32,745 bases of DNA from a virus. Its lineage: Duplodnaviria; Heunggongvirae; Uroviricota; Caudoviricetes. The translations under genes and the position numbers were made by a program. A model generated the notes under the pieces. It saw only the letters and a list, made by a program, of their open reading frames with translations, made no database searches and was not told the DNA's origin. Positions 1 through 8,492 of the stretch are shown here, one piece after another. The stretch lies in IMG/VR virus record IMGVR_UViG_2531839479_000007; one strand, 5' to 3'. How positions within the stretch are numbered: the first letter of the stretch is position 1; each line of letters opens with the position of its first letter.

Positions 1-852
1 CTAGGATATCTTTCCATGACATTCTTTGAAGCGTTTTCCACTCCCGCAATGACATAAGGCATTTCTTGACATAGATTGTGGTGGACTCAAGTCAATTTCG
101 CTAAGCATCGAAAGTAATTCCTCTGCTGCAATTGCTTCTCCAATCATAACTTGAGTTAGACTTCTCATATGAATCAATAATTCTGCTACAATTTGAGATT
201 CTACAAAACTTTTAGTTTCTCCAGCGTCATTAGTAGCGGTATAGGTGACGCCACTCATATTTTCAGACAAAGCTTCAATAGCTGATTGATGGTATTGACT
301 GATAGGAGCATGCTTACTCACTACAATACCTATTACTTTATTATCTGAAGCTTTTAAAAGAGCTCCACCAGAATTTCCTGAGTTAAATGCCCCATTTACC
401 ACTAGATGTTTTTTTTGTCCCTTGGCGGTTTGGTATGAGTTAAATCCTGCTAGATAACCAACGGATAGTAACGGTGCAGGACCGTTGTATCCTAATGGGT
501 ATCCCCAAGTTGTTACTGATTCACCAACTTTAAGATCATTATCCTTAACAATACTTAGCCCACCAGTCTGGGTAATGGCAGGTCTCAGCACAGCTAAATC
601 GCGATCAGAATCTATCCATTTTTGAGAAATTGGAATCTTCTGTCCATAAGCTGAAATTGCGAAAATCTGATTTGTAGAGCATCCAGTGATAACATGCTCG
701 TTCGTTACTATTAACCCATTATCTATTAAAAAACCAGATCCTTTCGAGCCTGTCGCAGGACATATAATCATATAAACAGAATTTACTGATGAGCGTCCAA
801 CTTCACCCGTAGCGTCTAAAGTCCATTGAGTAGATATGGGGATATTGTTCAA
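1..852 (-). CDS. Trypsin-like (S1 family) serine protease with C-terminal SEC-C metal-binding motif; flanking gene outside the prophage
   Basis: 283-aa ORF; His/Asp/Ser triad contexts TNEHV, DLAVL, GNSGGAL; C-terminal CHCGSGKRFKECHGK matches the SEC-C motif; TTG start at 850-852 with AAGGAG 8 nt upstream; TAG stop at 1-3; visibly AT-rich. Confidence 0.6.
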   Translation of the reverse strand: MNNIPISTQWTLDATGEVGRSSVNSVYMIICPATGSKGSGFLIDNGLIVTNEHVITGCSTNQIFAISAYGQKIPISQKWIDSDRDLAVLRPAITQTGGLSIVKDNDLKVGESVTTWGYPLGYNGPAPLLSVGYLAGFNSYQTAKGQKKHLVVNGAFNSGNSGGALLKASDNKVIGIVVSKHAPISQYHQSAIEALSENMSGVTYTATNDAGETKSFVESQIVAELLIHMRSLTQVMIGEAIAAEELLSMLSEIDLSPPQSMSRNALCHCGSGKRFKECHGKIS

Positions 853-1010
853 AACTGACTCCTTTATTTATAAACTTTTGTTAAATGGCTTGCAGTCTTA
901 TATTCGTTATTTATAAAAATTTAATTAGCTAGTTTATTTTTTGCCCCCCCAAAAATTTCTCAATTGATTCTCAGTTAATCCAATATGCAATTGCTGTCAT
1001 GGATATATAT

Positions 1011-1024
1011 CCTTCTTATTTTTA
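1011..1024. other. Putative left prophage junction (attL core-like CTTATTTTT); position approximate
   Basis: ccttCTTATTTTTa shares CTTATTTTT with the right-end core; composition turns GC-richer just to the right; a second weaker candidate TTTATTTTTT lies at 943-952. Confidence 0.25.
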
Positions 1025-1120
1025 AGGAATTTTACACATATAACTAACGTTAGTCACTCTCTAGAACCCGCTCCTGGCACTTTGCCGACGGAAATGTACT
1101 TAACATAACTGATCTAAAAG

Positions 1121-1148
1121 TTGCAAAAAGCCCCGCATTCGCGGGGCT
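1121..1148 (-). terminator. Intrinsic terminator downstream of ogr
   Basis: Stem AGCCCCGC / loop ATTC / GCGGGGCT at 1129-1148, followed on the minus strand by TTTT (plus 1125-1128); a T-rich run also follows on the plus strand, so possibly bidirectional. Confidence 0.55.
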
Positions 1149-1158
1149 TTCTCGTTTG

Positions 1159-1380
1159 TCACATCCAGTGAATTTGTTGCTGACCTGATGATGTCGGATG
1201 CGGCGGCGCGGGGACTACTTCCCCCGGCGACACGATAAAACGCTCGACTGTTTCAGTGGTCACAAACGTGCAGCTGCAGTTAATGTTTGTGCACTGGTGA
1301 TACCGCTCTTTTGTGGTATCAGTAAAATAGCGACTCGTGCGGGCGTGGGCGGCATGATGGCATTTCGGACAATGAAACAT
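1159..1380 (-). CDS. ogr: Ogr, zinc-finger late-gene transcription activator
   Basis: MFHCPKCHHAAHARTSRYFTDTTKERYHQC... closely matches P2 Ogr; CxxC...CxxC zinc finger; ATG at 1378-1380 with GGAG upstream; ORF-track start at 1404 is TTG. Confidence 0.9.
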   Translation of the reverse strand: MFHCPKCHHAAHARTSRYFTDTTKERYHQCTNINCSCTFVTTETVERFIVSPGEVVPAPPHPTSSGQQQIHWM

Positions 1381-1460
1381 GATGAGGGTCTCCGGCGTAT
1401 TCAATGTGTTAATTTTACTAATTTTTACTTATAAAACAAACACATAAACAACACACGCCG

Positions 1461-2624
1461 TTAAACTTCCTCGCTTTCATACTCCACATCAGAAACCTTA
1501 ACCTCAAGCTCTAAGCCCGTCGTGAAGCCGCTCCCGTTGAGGCTGTGTACCACACGACTGATTATCCACGCCTGCTCGTCTATAACGCGCTTAAAGCCTT
1601 TCACTGCCACCGGCGTTTCAGGAAATAAATCAGCGCGGCCAGTGGCGAGCGTGATCGAAAACTCCGCCACCCCACGCTGTATCCTGTCCCACTTTGCCTG
1701 AGCTGCGCGCATGGCCTGCGCCTTTGTCGCGTAGATGGTCGTGAGTTCCAGAACATTGTCGGACTCACCGGCCATATACTCACCTTCCCGCGCTTCCTGC
1801 ACCTTCTTCTTTTTAGCCTTTGCCGATGTTTTAGCAACCTTCGGGTGCTGCAGCGCACGCAGGTGCTGCTCTTTGGGTTTGCGCTTGAGCTTCACCTTTT
1901 GCTTTTGCGGTTTCGGGTCTCTGGTGTGCAGCCATTTAGCGGTTACGCCGGAGTATGCCTCGCGGTCGGCTATGGCAAACTGATGCCGGTCGCCGTCGCC
2001 GCGTTCGACGGTCATTTGCGGGATGGCCTTACCACTGGCCGTCATCGCGCTACCGGCTTTCAGGAATAACAATTTCCCGGCCTTGACCGAAACCGTTGCC
2101 CCGTTGCGATCCGCCAGTCGGGACAAAAACGCCGCGTCGGATTCCTGAGACTGGTCAATATGCGGCACAGCAACAGCTTTCAGGGTATCAGCCACGCTGG
2201 CCGTCAGTTTGTTACGCTGCGCGATAGTCTCGACAATCACCCCGAGCGTGGTGTCGTGCCATGACTGCTCGCGGCGCGAGTTCAGCGTCCCGCGAAAATC
2301 CGCACTGCGTCCCCGGATAGTCAGCCTGTCAGGCGCGCCCCGGTGCTCGATTTCGTCAACCGTAAAACTCCCTTTGTTAATCAGCGCCGAGCCCTGCCAG
2401 CCCAGCCACAGGGTCAGCGATGCCCCGCGCGGCGGCAACTCGACCAGTCCATCGGTATCATCGAGCTCGATATCAAGCTGGTCAGCCTCGAATCCGCGAT
2501 TGTCGGTCATGGTCAGCCCGATAAGCCGGTCGCTGAAATTCTGTGTGATATCTGCGCCACCGAGCGTGAGCATAAAATCAGGAGCAATGCGCGCCCCGGC
2601 CTGAATAGTCATTCCCGTTATCAT
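1461..2624 (-). CDS. D: Tail protein D (late control gene D)
   Basis: 387 aa, same length as P2 gpD; ATG overlaps U stop (ATGA at 2621-2624); synteny. Confidence 0.9.
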   Translation of the reverse strand: MITGMTIQAGARIAPDFMLTLGGADITQNFSDRLIGLTMTDNRGFEADQLDIELDDTDGLVELPPRGASLTLWLGWQGSALINKGSFTVDEIEHRGAPDRLTIRGRSADFRGTLNSRREQSWHDTTLGVIVETIAQRNKLTASVADTLKAVAVPHIDQSQESDAAFLSRLADRNGATVSVKAGKLLFLKAGSAMTASGKAIPQMTVERGDGDRHQFAIADREAYSGVTAKWLHTRDPKPQKQKVKLKRKPKEQHLRALQHPKVAKTSAKAKKKKVQEAREGEYMAGESDNVLELTTIYATKAQAMRAAQAKWDRIQRGVAEFSITLATGRADLFPETPVAVKGFKRVIDEQAWIISRVVHSLNGSGFTTGLELEVKVSDVEYESEEV

Positions 2625-3085
2625 CCCGCCAGCCCCCCGAGCCAGTTACCGGCAGACGTGACCAGATTATCAGCCTGCGTTTTCAGGTCGCCGTAGATGG
2701 CCGCGAGGGATTCATCCACCCGCTTAAGCGACAGGCTAAACTCGATTTTTTTAGCCGCGCCGTCGCTGAATAACTCGGTGTGGTTGTGAGTCACTTTATC
2801 GATGACATACATCCCGTGGATCATGCCGGTTCCGTCAATCAGCGGCCATGCGCGCCCCTCATCGGCCATCAGTTCGATGGCCATCAGTGACAGACGCCCG
2901 CCGGTGATTTCAGGGTAAAGCGTGCCCGACAGGGTACGCGAGGTTTCCCCCTCCCCGAGATACTGATAAGCCGGGGGTTTTCCGATACGGTCATTTGACA
3001 CCCAGCGGTAGTCCTTCGAATACTGCATTGACTGATGCGGCAGGGGGCGCCGTTCAAACACGAAAAAGCCCAGCCCCATTAACAT
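2621..3085 (-). CDS. U: Tail protein U
   Basis: 154 aa, gpU-like; GAGGGAGGG RBS upstream of ATG at 3083-3085; synteny. Confidence 0.9.
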   Translation of the reverse strand: MLMGLGFFVFERRPLPHQSMQYSKDYRWVSNDRIGKPPAYQYLGEGETSRTLSGTLYPEITGGRLSLMAIELMADEGRAWPLIDGTGMIHGMYVIDKVTHNHTELFSDGAAKKIEFSLSLKRVDESLAAIYGDLKTQADNLVTSAGNWLGGLAG

Positions 3086-3098
3086 TTTTATCCCTCCC

Positions 3099-5540
3099 TC
3101 AGTCGAGTCTCATACTGGATCGCTGACGCGCACGTTTCTCGCGGTCAAGTTTGTCGACCGCGTCACGGAGCTGGCGGTCAAGGTCACTGCCCGGTGCGAC
3201 TCCGCCCTGCAGGTTGATGTTGTATTCGCTTTTGCTCTGGTCGATATAAGACAGGCCTGCGGGCGCTGTGACCGGCTGATACGCCTGATACCCGCCATAA
3301 CCTGCGGTCGCAGGGATATACCCGCCATTCGGGGACGCCTTATTCGCTTTCGCTGCGGTCTGGTCGAGGTCGCTGGATTCTTTTTTGATAACGCCGAGTT
3401 TCTCCAGCAGCCAGCCGACCTTGCCGCTCAGGCTGTTAAACATCTTGAGCGGCATCATCAGCGCATCAGCCAGCGCCTGGCCAAAAGTAACGCCGACATT
3501 TTTGCAACTGGAGAGCGTGTCCTGCGTGGCTTTCACCGGCGCAAGCAGGTCTTTAAACCACTGGCAGACGACACCCAGCTTTTCAGCGATGGCGTCAAAC
3601 ACCGGCGCGAGCGGGGTAAACATGTCCCCCACCGGTGCAAAGGCGGCTTTCAGTCCCTCCACCACGCCCGAGAAGAATGCACCGAGCGGCTCCCAGTATT
3701 TGCGGATCAGCAATGCACCGGCCACCACTGCACCGGCTACCGCCAGCACCGGCAGGCTGATTGCGCCAATGGCCGTGACAATCGCGCCGCCGACCGTACT
3801 GAAAACCACACCGAGCACGCCAGCCGCCGCAATGATGGCATTAATCCCCATCACCACCGGCCATGCGACAAGGCCAATCCCGCCCATCACACCGATCAGC
3901 GCCAGCGCACCACCAACCACCACGCCGAGGGTGGTCGCCAGCCCTTTATTTTTCTGGATCCAGCCGTCGAGCCTGAGCACATATTGCGTGGCCGTCTGCG
4001 TCAGCTTACGCAGTGAGCCCTCCTGCTGATCAAACAGGTCAGTGCCGACCGCCTCATAGGCTGACTGAAACTCTTTAAAGTCGCCGCCGAGGTTATCCTG
4101 CATAACCTTAACCAGTTCCTCAGTCTTACCGTCTGAGGCTTTAAACGCGGCGGTGAGCTGGTCGAGCTTGCCGCTTGATGCGGCGGCCATCAGCACGGCG
4201 GCCGCCGAGCTGGCCTCTTCACCGAAAATGGTTTTCATGTATTCGGATTTCTGACCCGTTCCGAGATTGTTTTTCTCAAAACTGCGCTGCATTTCTTTCA
4301 GGATGGAAAATATCGGGCGCGTATTGCCTTTGCTATCTGACGTTTTAATACCGAGCTCTTTGATGGCGTCGTACGCTTTACCGGTTGGCGCCTGCAGGCG
4401 ACTCAGAACGGCACGACTCCCTGTACCCGCCATCGAGCCGGTGATTTTGGAATCGTGCAGCGCCCCCACCATTGCGGCGGTTTCTTCGATACTTACCCCG
4501 GCATTTTTCGCCACTGGCGCGGCATAGGTCAGCGCATCACTCATTCCATCAAAGTCGGCGGCGGTTTTGTTCATCGTCATCGAGAGAACATCACCAATAT
4601 GCGCGACTTTATCGTTAGAGAGCTGAAAAGCAGATTTCATGCCTGTCAGCAGCGCAGCGTTTTCTTCCATCGTGCGCTTGTTCGACAGCGCCATATTCAG
4701 TGTGACCGGCGTCGCCGCCTGAATGGCCGCCGCATCGCCGCCGCTTTTGGCAATGATAATCTGCGCACCCGCCGCATCATCGGCAGAGGCAGCGGTATTA
4801 TCACCGAGCTGGCGCGCCTGTTTACGCAGCGCCTGCATTTCAGGCGACTGTTTGTCGACACCGAGCACGGCCTGCAGCTCTGAGTTTTTCTGTGCAAATT
4901 CATAACCAAGCGTCAGCAGCTTAACCCCGGCGAGGGTTCCCGCCGTCGCAATACCAACACCGGCTGCGCCAGCCGCCGCCGCGTTTCCGGCCAGTGATTT
5001 ACCGGCCTGATACCGCGCTTTCACCCGGCTTAACTTCGCCTGCTGTGCGCTGACTTTCGCCAGTGCCTCACGCTGCCGATTAAGCTGCGCGGTAGTCTCA
5101 CTGATGCGCGATTTAAGCCCCCGCTCATCATTTGCCAGATTACGGGTATTAATACCGACTGCACCGAGTTCACGTTGCTGGCGCTTAACAGACTCAGTGA
5201 GGCTGTTGTATTTCGTCTGCAGCCCGTTGGCGGCACGCTTTGCCGATTCAAGCACCTGCGCCTGCGCGCGCGTCGGGCGCTCGGTGTTTTTAAATTGTGT
5301 GGCAAGGGCTTGCGCTTCCTGTTTCGCTTTCTCAAGCGAATGACCGGTCACGGCAAGCTGGGCGCTGGCTTTGCGGAATCCGTCAATACGGGACGCCTGC
5401 ACATTAAGTTCGCACAGGCTTTTTTGTGAATTGCGGATATCACCAGACAGGGATTTGCTGGCGTTCTGAATCGCTTTAAGCGGGCGGCTTGCCCGGTCAA
5501 CTGCGTTCAGCAGCACCTCGATTCTGACGTTATTGCTCAT
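3099..5540 (-). CDS. T: Tail tape measure protein T
   Basis: 813 aa; Ala/Gly-rich central hydrophobic segment and coiled-coil-like N-terminal part typical of tape measure proteins; position between E/E' and U. Confidence 0.9.
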   Translation of the reverse strand: MSNNVRIEVLLNAVDRASRPLKAIQNASKSLSGDIRNSQKSLCELNVQASRIDGFRKASAQLAVTGHSLEKAKQEAQALATQFKNTERPTRAQAQVLESAKRAANGLQTKYNSLTESVKRQQRELGAVGINTRNLANDERGLKSRISETTAQLNRQREALAKVSAQQAKLSRVKARYQAGKSLAGNAAAAGAAGVGIATAGTLAGVKLLTLGYEFAQKNSELQAVLGVDKQSPEMQALRKQARQLGDNTAASADDAAGAQIIIAKSGGDAAAIQAATPVTLNMALSNKRTMEENAALLTGMKSAFQLSNDKVAHIGDVLSMTMNKTAADFDGMSDALTYAAPVAKNAGVSIEETAAMVGALHDSKITGSMAGTGSRAVLSRLQAPTGKAYDAIKELGIKTSDSKGNTRPIFSILKEMQRSFEKNNLGTGQKSEYMKTIFGEEASSAAAVLMAAASSGKLDQLTAAFKASDGKTEELVKVMQDNLGGDFKEFQSAYEAVGTDLFDQQEGSLRKLTQTATQYVLRLDGWIQKNKGLATTLGVVVGGALALIGVMGGIGLVAWPVVMGINAIIAAAGVLGVVFSTVGGAIVTAIGAISLPVLAVAGAVVAGALLIRKYWEPLGAFFSGVVEGLKAAFAPVGDMFTPLAPVFDAIAEKLGVVCQWFKDLLAPVKATQDTLSSCKNVGVTFGQALADALMMPLKMFNSLSGKVGWLLEKLGVIKKESSDLDQTAAKANKASPNGGYIPATAGYGGYQAYQPVTAPAGLSYIDQSKSEYNINLQGGVAPGSDLDRQLRDAVDKLDREKRARQRSSMRLD

Positions 5541-5999
5541 GATGGCTTCCGCTTCGTTGCAGCGCCTTATCGCGCCATGTCAGGAGCTCGGTCACACTCA
5601 GGGAATTTAGCTCTGATGGCGGCCAGTGGAAGATCACCGCAATATCCGCCATCAGGTCATCGACCGACAGTTTTTCCGGGAAGGTCAGCGACCCGAAGCT
5701 GGTGACAAAAAACCGACCACCTTACCGGCCAGTGAAATCAGGTCTGACGCATCCAGACGCGCGAGCTCGTGCTCGGTCAGTGCCGGATATGTCATGCGCG
5801 GCAGCACCTTAATCAGCGCATCAACGTCGGAATTTGCCAGCGACGCCAGCGACACCCCGCGCAGGGTTCCCGCATTCGGTTTGGTTAAGGTGACCTGCTC
5901 AACTTTCTGCTCACCGCGCATCAGCGGGGTGTCAAAAATAACGACATTCGGATTGACGTTCTCAGTGTCAGCAACAGCAGTCTCATTGATATTTTTCAT
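5530..5999 (-). CDS. E: Tail assembly chaperone E+E' made by programmed -1 frameshift (slip at 5706-5712)
   Basis: Zero-frame reads GGT TTT TTG at the slippery heptamer; the -1 frame then stays open to TAA at 5530-5532, overlapping the T start, as in P2 E/E' (about 156 aa total by my count). Confidence 0.7.
5685..5999 (-). CDS. E: Tail assembly chaperone E (zero-frame product)
   Basis: 104-aa ORF, ATG at 5997-5999, TGA at 5685-5687; gpE-like sequence and position upstream of T. Confidence 0.85.
   Translation of the reverse strand: MKNINETAVADTENVNPNVVIFDTPLMRGEQKVEQVTLTKPNAGTLRGVSLASLANSDVDALIKVLPRMTYPALTEHELARLDASDLISLAGKVVGFLSPASGR
5706..5712 (-). other. Slippery heptamer T_TTT_TTG (minus strand) for the E/E' -1 frameshift
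   Basis: Plus-strand CAAAAAA at 5706-5712; in the E frame the codons are GGT-TTT-TTG, matching the X_XXY_YYZ pattern. Confidence 0.7.
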
Positions 6000-6053
6000 G
6001 CGAATTTCTCATCAGGGTAAATGACCGGCCAGCCTCACTGACCGGTTGAAGGA

Positions 6054-6572
6054 TTACAGGCCAATCGCCTTGCGGTGCTCTGCCATACGGTCGACACCGT
6101 CGACTTTCAGCACCATGTTGATCACGTCAATCTCGATGACTTCTTTGCCGTCGATCGTGAGCTGGTAATAGGCGCACTCGGTCGCCATTTTGGTTGTACC
6201 GCTTTCGCCCTGCTTGTTTTCACCGCCGTCGTATTCTTTATGACGGCCACGCATCACCACCTCGACGGCAGAAATCGCGCCGGTGTCGTCACGCTGATAA
6301 GAGCCGGTAAAACGCAGCGGCACGCTGTCAGCACCCGGTGAGGCGTACTGCGCCCACAATTCAATGTCAGGCAGACCGCCGAGCGTCCACTCAAGCGACA
6401 GCGCATCGTCATCGAGGCCAAGGTCAACCGACACCGCCCCCGGCATCCCGCCGCCGCGATATTTCTCCAGCTTGCGGGTCAGTTTTGGCAGGGTGACGGA
6501 TTCAACAACGCCCATATAGCTGAGGCCATCGTTGAACATATTCAGGTATTTCAGTTTGCGGGGTAACGCCAT
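6054..6572 (-). CDS. FII: Tail tube protein FII
   Basis: 172 aa, gpFII-like; ATG at 6570-6572; directly downstream of FI. Confidence 0.9.
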   Translation of the reverse strand: MALPRKLKYLNMFNDGLSYMGVVESVTLPKLTRKLEKYRGGGMPGAVSVDLGLDDDALSLEWTLGGLPDIELWAQYASPGADSVPLRFTGSYQRDDTGAISAVEVVMRGRHKEYDGGENKQGESGTTKMATECAYYQLTIDGKEVIEIDVINMVLKVDGVDRMAEHRKAIGL

Positions 6573-6584
6573 GCTCAGAGCTCC

Positions 6585-7778
6585 TTAGCTGTTGACCGAG
6601 TCCGACAGGTTCGCCAGATAGGTATCGGTGATGCGCTGGCGCAGGGTCAGGTTTTCCAGCGGCGGGACGGGGGTATAGTCGTAATCGATATACAGTTTCC
6701 CCACTTTCAGGGTCGCGGTGTCGTTCGACTCCGGGTCGTACCAGCAGAAGCCGTCAACGATATAACCACTGGTTTTCAGCTCGCGGAATTTGGCATTGAT
6801 ACCGGAAACGATGTCGCGAATGAGGGTCGGGGTAATGGGTTTATCCATCGCCCACGCGTGCGCCTCCGCCATCGTGTCGGCCAGTACCTGCGCGGTGCGG
6901 GTGTAGTTCTCAAACAGGAAAAGCGGATCATCCGAGCAGGTACGGTTTCCCCAAAACTTGAAACCATCATTGCGGATAAGCGTGGTGACACCGGCCTGAT
7001 TCAGCAGGTTGGCGTCGGTCGCCGGTTCCTGCAAATCCCACGATACTGAGGCACTGACGCCGGTCACACCGTTAACGCCAACGTTAGACAGGGTTTTATG
7101 CCAGCCGACCGTCTGGTCGATTTTGGCACGCAGGCCGAGCGCGCGCGCCGTCGCCCAAGCTGTCGCGGTCGCGTTCGCCGTGGTGTCCCATGCCAGAAAA
7201 TCAGGGAAGATGACCATCAGCTCACGCTGGCTGAAATTCTCGCGGTAGTCGATGGCCTCGGAAATGGTTTTACAGCCCCATGCGCTGACATAGCCAAAGG
7301 CGCGCAGGCTCTGACAGGTGGACGCGAGTGCGGTCGCCACCTCCTGTGAATCCAGCCCCGGCACGCCGAGAATCCGTGGCTTAACGCCGGTGACGGTTTT
7401 CGCCGTCAGCAGGGCTTTCAGCCCGGTATATTTGCCGTTTTCGTCGGTGGTGCCGATGATATTAGAAATGGTCTGTTTGTGCGCCGCCTCGGGGTTCTCC
7501 GGATCTTCAATACCTTCGGCCACACGCACGGCCACGATGACCGGCTTGCACTGGTCAGCGATAGCCTGCAGGGACGCCGACAGCGAGCCCTGTTTACCGG
7601 CCTTACCGATAGCGCTCTGCACGTTCGTAATGAGCACCGGCTCATTGAGGGGAAATGTTTTTTCGTCAGCATCGCTGGCCGTGCAGACCATGCCGATGAT
7701 GGCCGTCGAAACGGTGGAAATGGTGCGCACGCCATCGTTAATCTCGATGACCTGCACGCCGTGATGATAGTCACTCAT
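6585..7778 (-). CDS. FI: Contractile tail sheath protein FI
   Basis: 397 aa, gpFI-like; GGAG RBS upstream of ATG at 7776-7778. Confidence 0.9.
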   Translation of the reverse strand: MSDYHHGVQVIEINDGVRTISTVSTAIIGMVCTASDADEKTFPLNEPVLITNVQSAIGKAGKQGSLSASLQAIADQCKPVIVAVRVAEGIEDPENPEAAHKQTISNIIGTTDENGKYTGLKALLTAKTVTGVKPRILGVPGLDSQEVATALASTCQSLRAFGYVSAWGCKTISEAIDYRENFSQRELMVIFPDFLAWDTTANATATAWATARALGLRAKIDQTVGWHKTLSNVGVNGVTGVSASVSWDLQEPATDANLLNQAGVTTLIRNDGFKFWGNRTCSDDPLFLFENYTRTAQVLADTMAEAHAWAMDKPITPTLIRDIVSGINAKFRELKTSGYIVDGFCWYDPESNDTATLKVGKLYIDYDYTPVPPLENLTLRQRITDTYLANLSDSVNS

Positions 7779-7873
7779 CCGTTTAACTCCGTGGTTAAGG
7801 GGTGAGTGATATTTTCTGTTGTGTGGCGGGTGCGGGCTATTTGTCAGGGTTGGCTAAGGTCTGACACAACGAC

Positions 7874-7903
7874 GGGAAAGGAAAAGGCGGGCAACTGCCC
7901 GCC
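7874..7903 (-). terminator. Intrinsic terminator between G and FI (end of the V-G late operon)
   Basis: GGCGGGC / AACT / GCCCGCC hairpin at 7886-7903 followed on the minus strand by TTTTCCTTTC; lies 10 nt after the G stop. Confidence 0.55.
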
Positions 7904-7913
7904 AGATGTCGGA

Positions 7914-8492
7914 TCAGACTGGCAGCGGCGGCCATTCAATATCCGGAGCATCCTCCGGCTGGATGCGGCTCAGTAAAACACGGTATTTTTTCCATGCAAT
8001 GAGGTGCGTTTTTTCATCGTCGGTTGCCATCTCCAGATCAACGGAGTCCTGTAATGTCGCAACCGCAGTATTGGCCTGTTTAAGAAGCCTGTTTTTGTTG
8101 TTTTTCGCAGCCTCTGTCAATGCATTACGTGCAGCATCAGCATCATCAACCCATGTTTTACCATCCCATTTCTGCCACGGGTTTTCCGGCACAACCGGTG
8201 TTGTTCCTGCCGGATACTGACCCGGCTCGGTTATCTCCCTCTCATGACCTGTTTCGGTGTCATAGACAACCTCACCCCGGTGGTCTTCAGTGATAGCCCA
8301 GCAACCATTTTCAGTGTCATAAACCGGAATAAATCCGTCTCGGGTTTCCGGGGGCTTTTCACTGGTGCAGCAGGCGGGCAATCCGGTAAATGCCGGTATC
8401 AGGGCGTCACCTTTTCCAATAAATTCACAGGTGTCTGCACGAAAGTTATACACAGTGATAGTCCGGCTTTCTCCGGTCATTTTAAACGTCAT
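7914..8492 (-). CDS. G: Tail fiber assembly protein G (Tfa-like chaperone)
   Basis: 192 aa; C-terminal ...LIAWKKYRVLLSRIQPEDAPDIEWPPLPV is typical of tail fiber assembly proteins; ATG overlaps H stop (TAATG at 8490-8494). Confidence 0.85.
   Translation of the reverse strand: MTFKMTGESRTITVYNFRADTCEFIGKGDALIPAFTGLPACCTSEKPPETRDGFIPVYDTENGCWAITEDHRGEVVYDTETGHEREITEPGQYPAGTTPVVPENPWQKWDGKTWVDDADAARNALTEAAKNNKNRLLKQANTAVATLQDSVDLEMATDDEKTHLIAWKKYRVLLSRIQPEDAPDIEWPPLPV

Noticed and set aside
853-1128. tRNA or tmRNA gene at the integration site
   Set aside because: No cloverleaf-compatible segment, no conserved T-loop or CCA-proximal acceptor pattern seen at either junction (also checked 32163-32430); integration appears intergenic
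1198-1434. 78-aa plus-strand ORF overlapping ogr
   Set aside because: Antisense to the clearly identifiable ogr zinc-finger gene
3385-4029. 214-aa plus-strand ORF (and others at 4267-4883) inside the tape measure gene
   Set aside because: Antisense to the well-supported T gene in GC-rich DNA where long spurious frames are expected; Ser/Thr/Pro/Ala-rich low-complexity translation; no RBS or synteny support
7842-7866. TGTCAG-N13-CTGACA palindrome upstream of FI as an Ogr box
   Set aside because: Spacing is TGT-N19-ACA rather than the canonical N12; kept only as a note in the late-promoter finding
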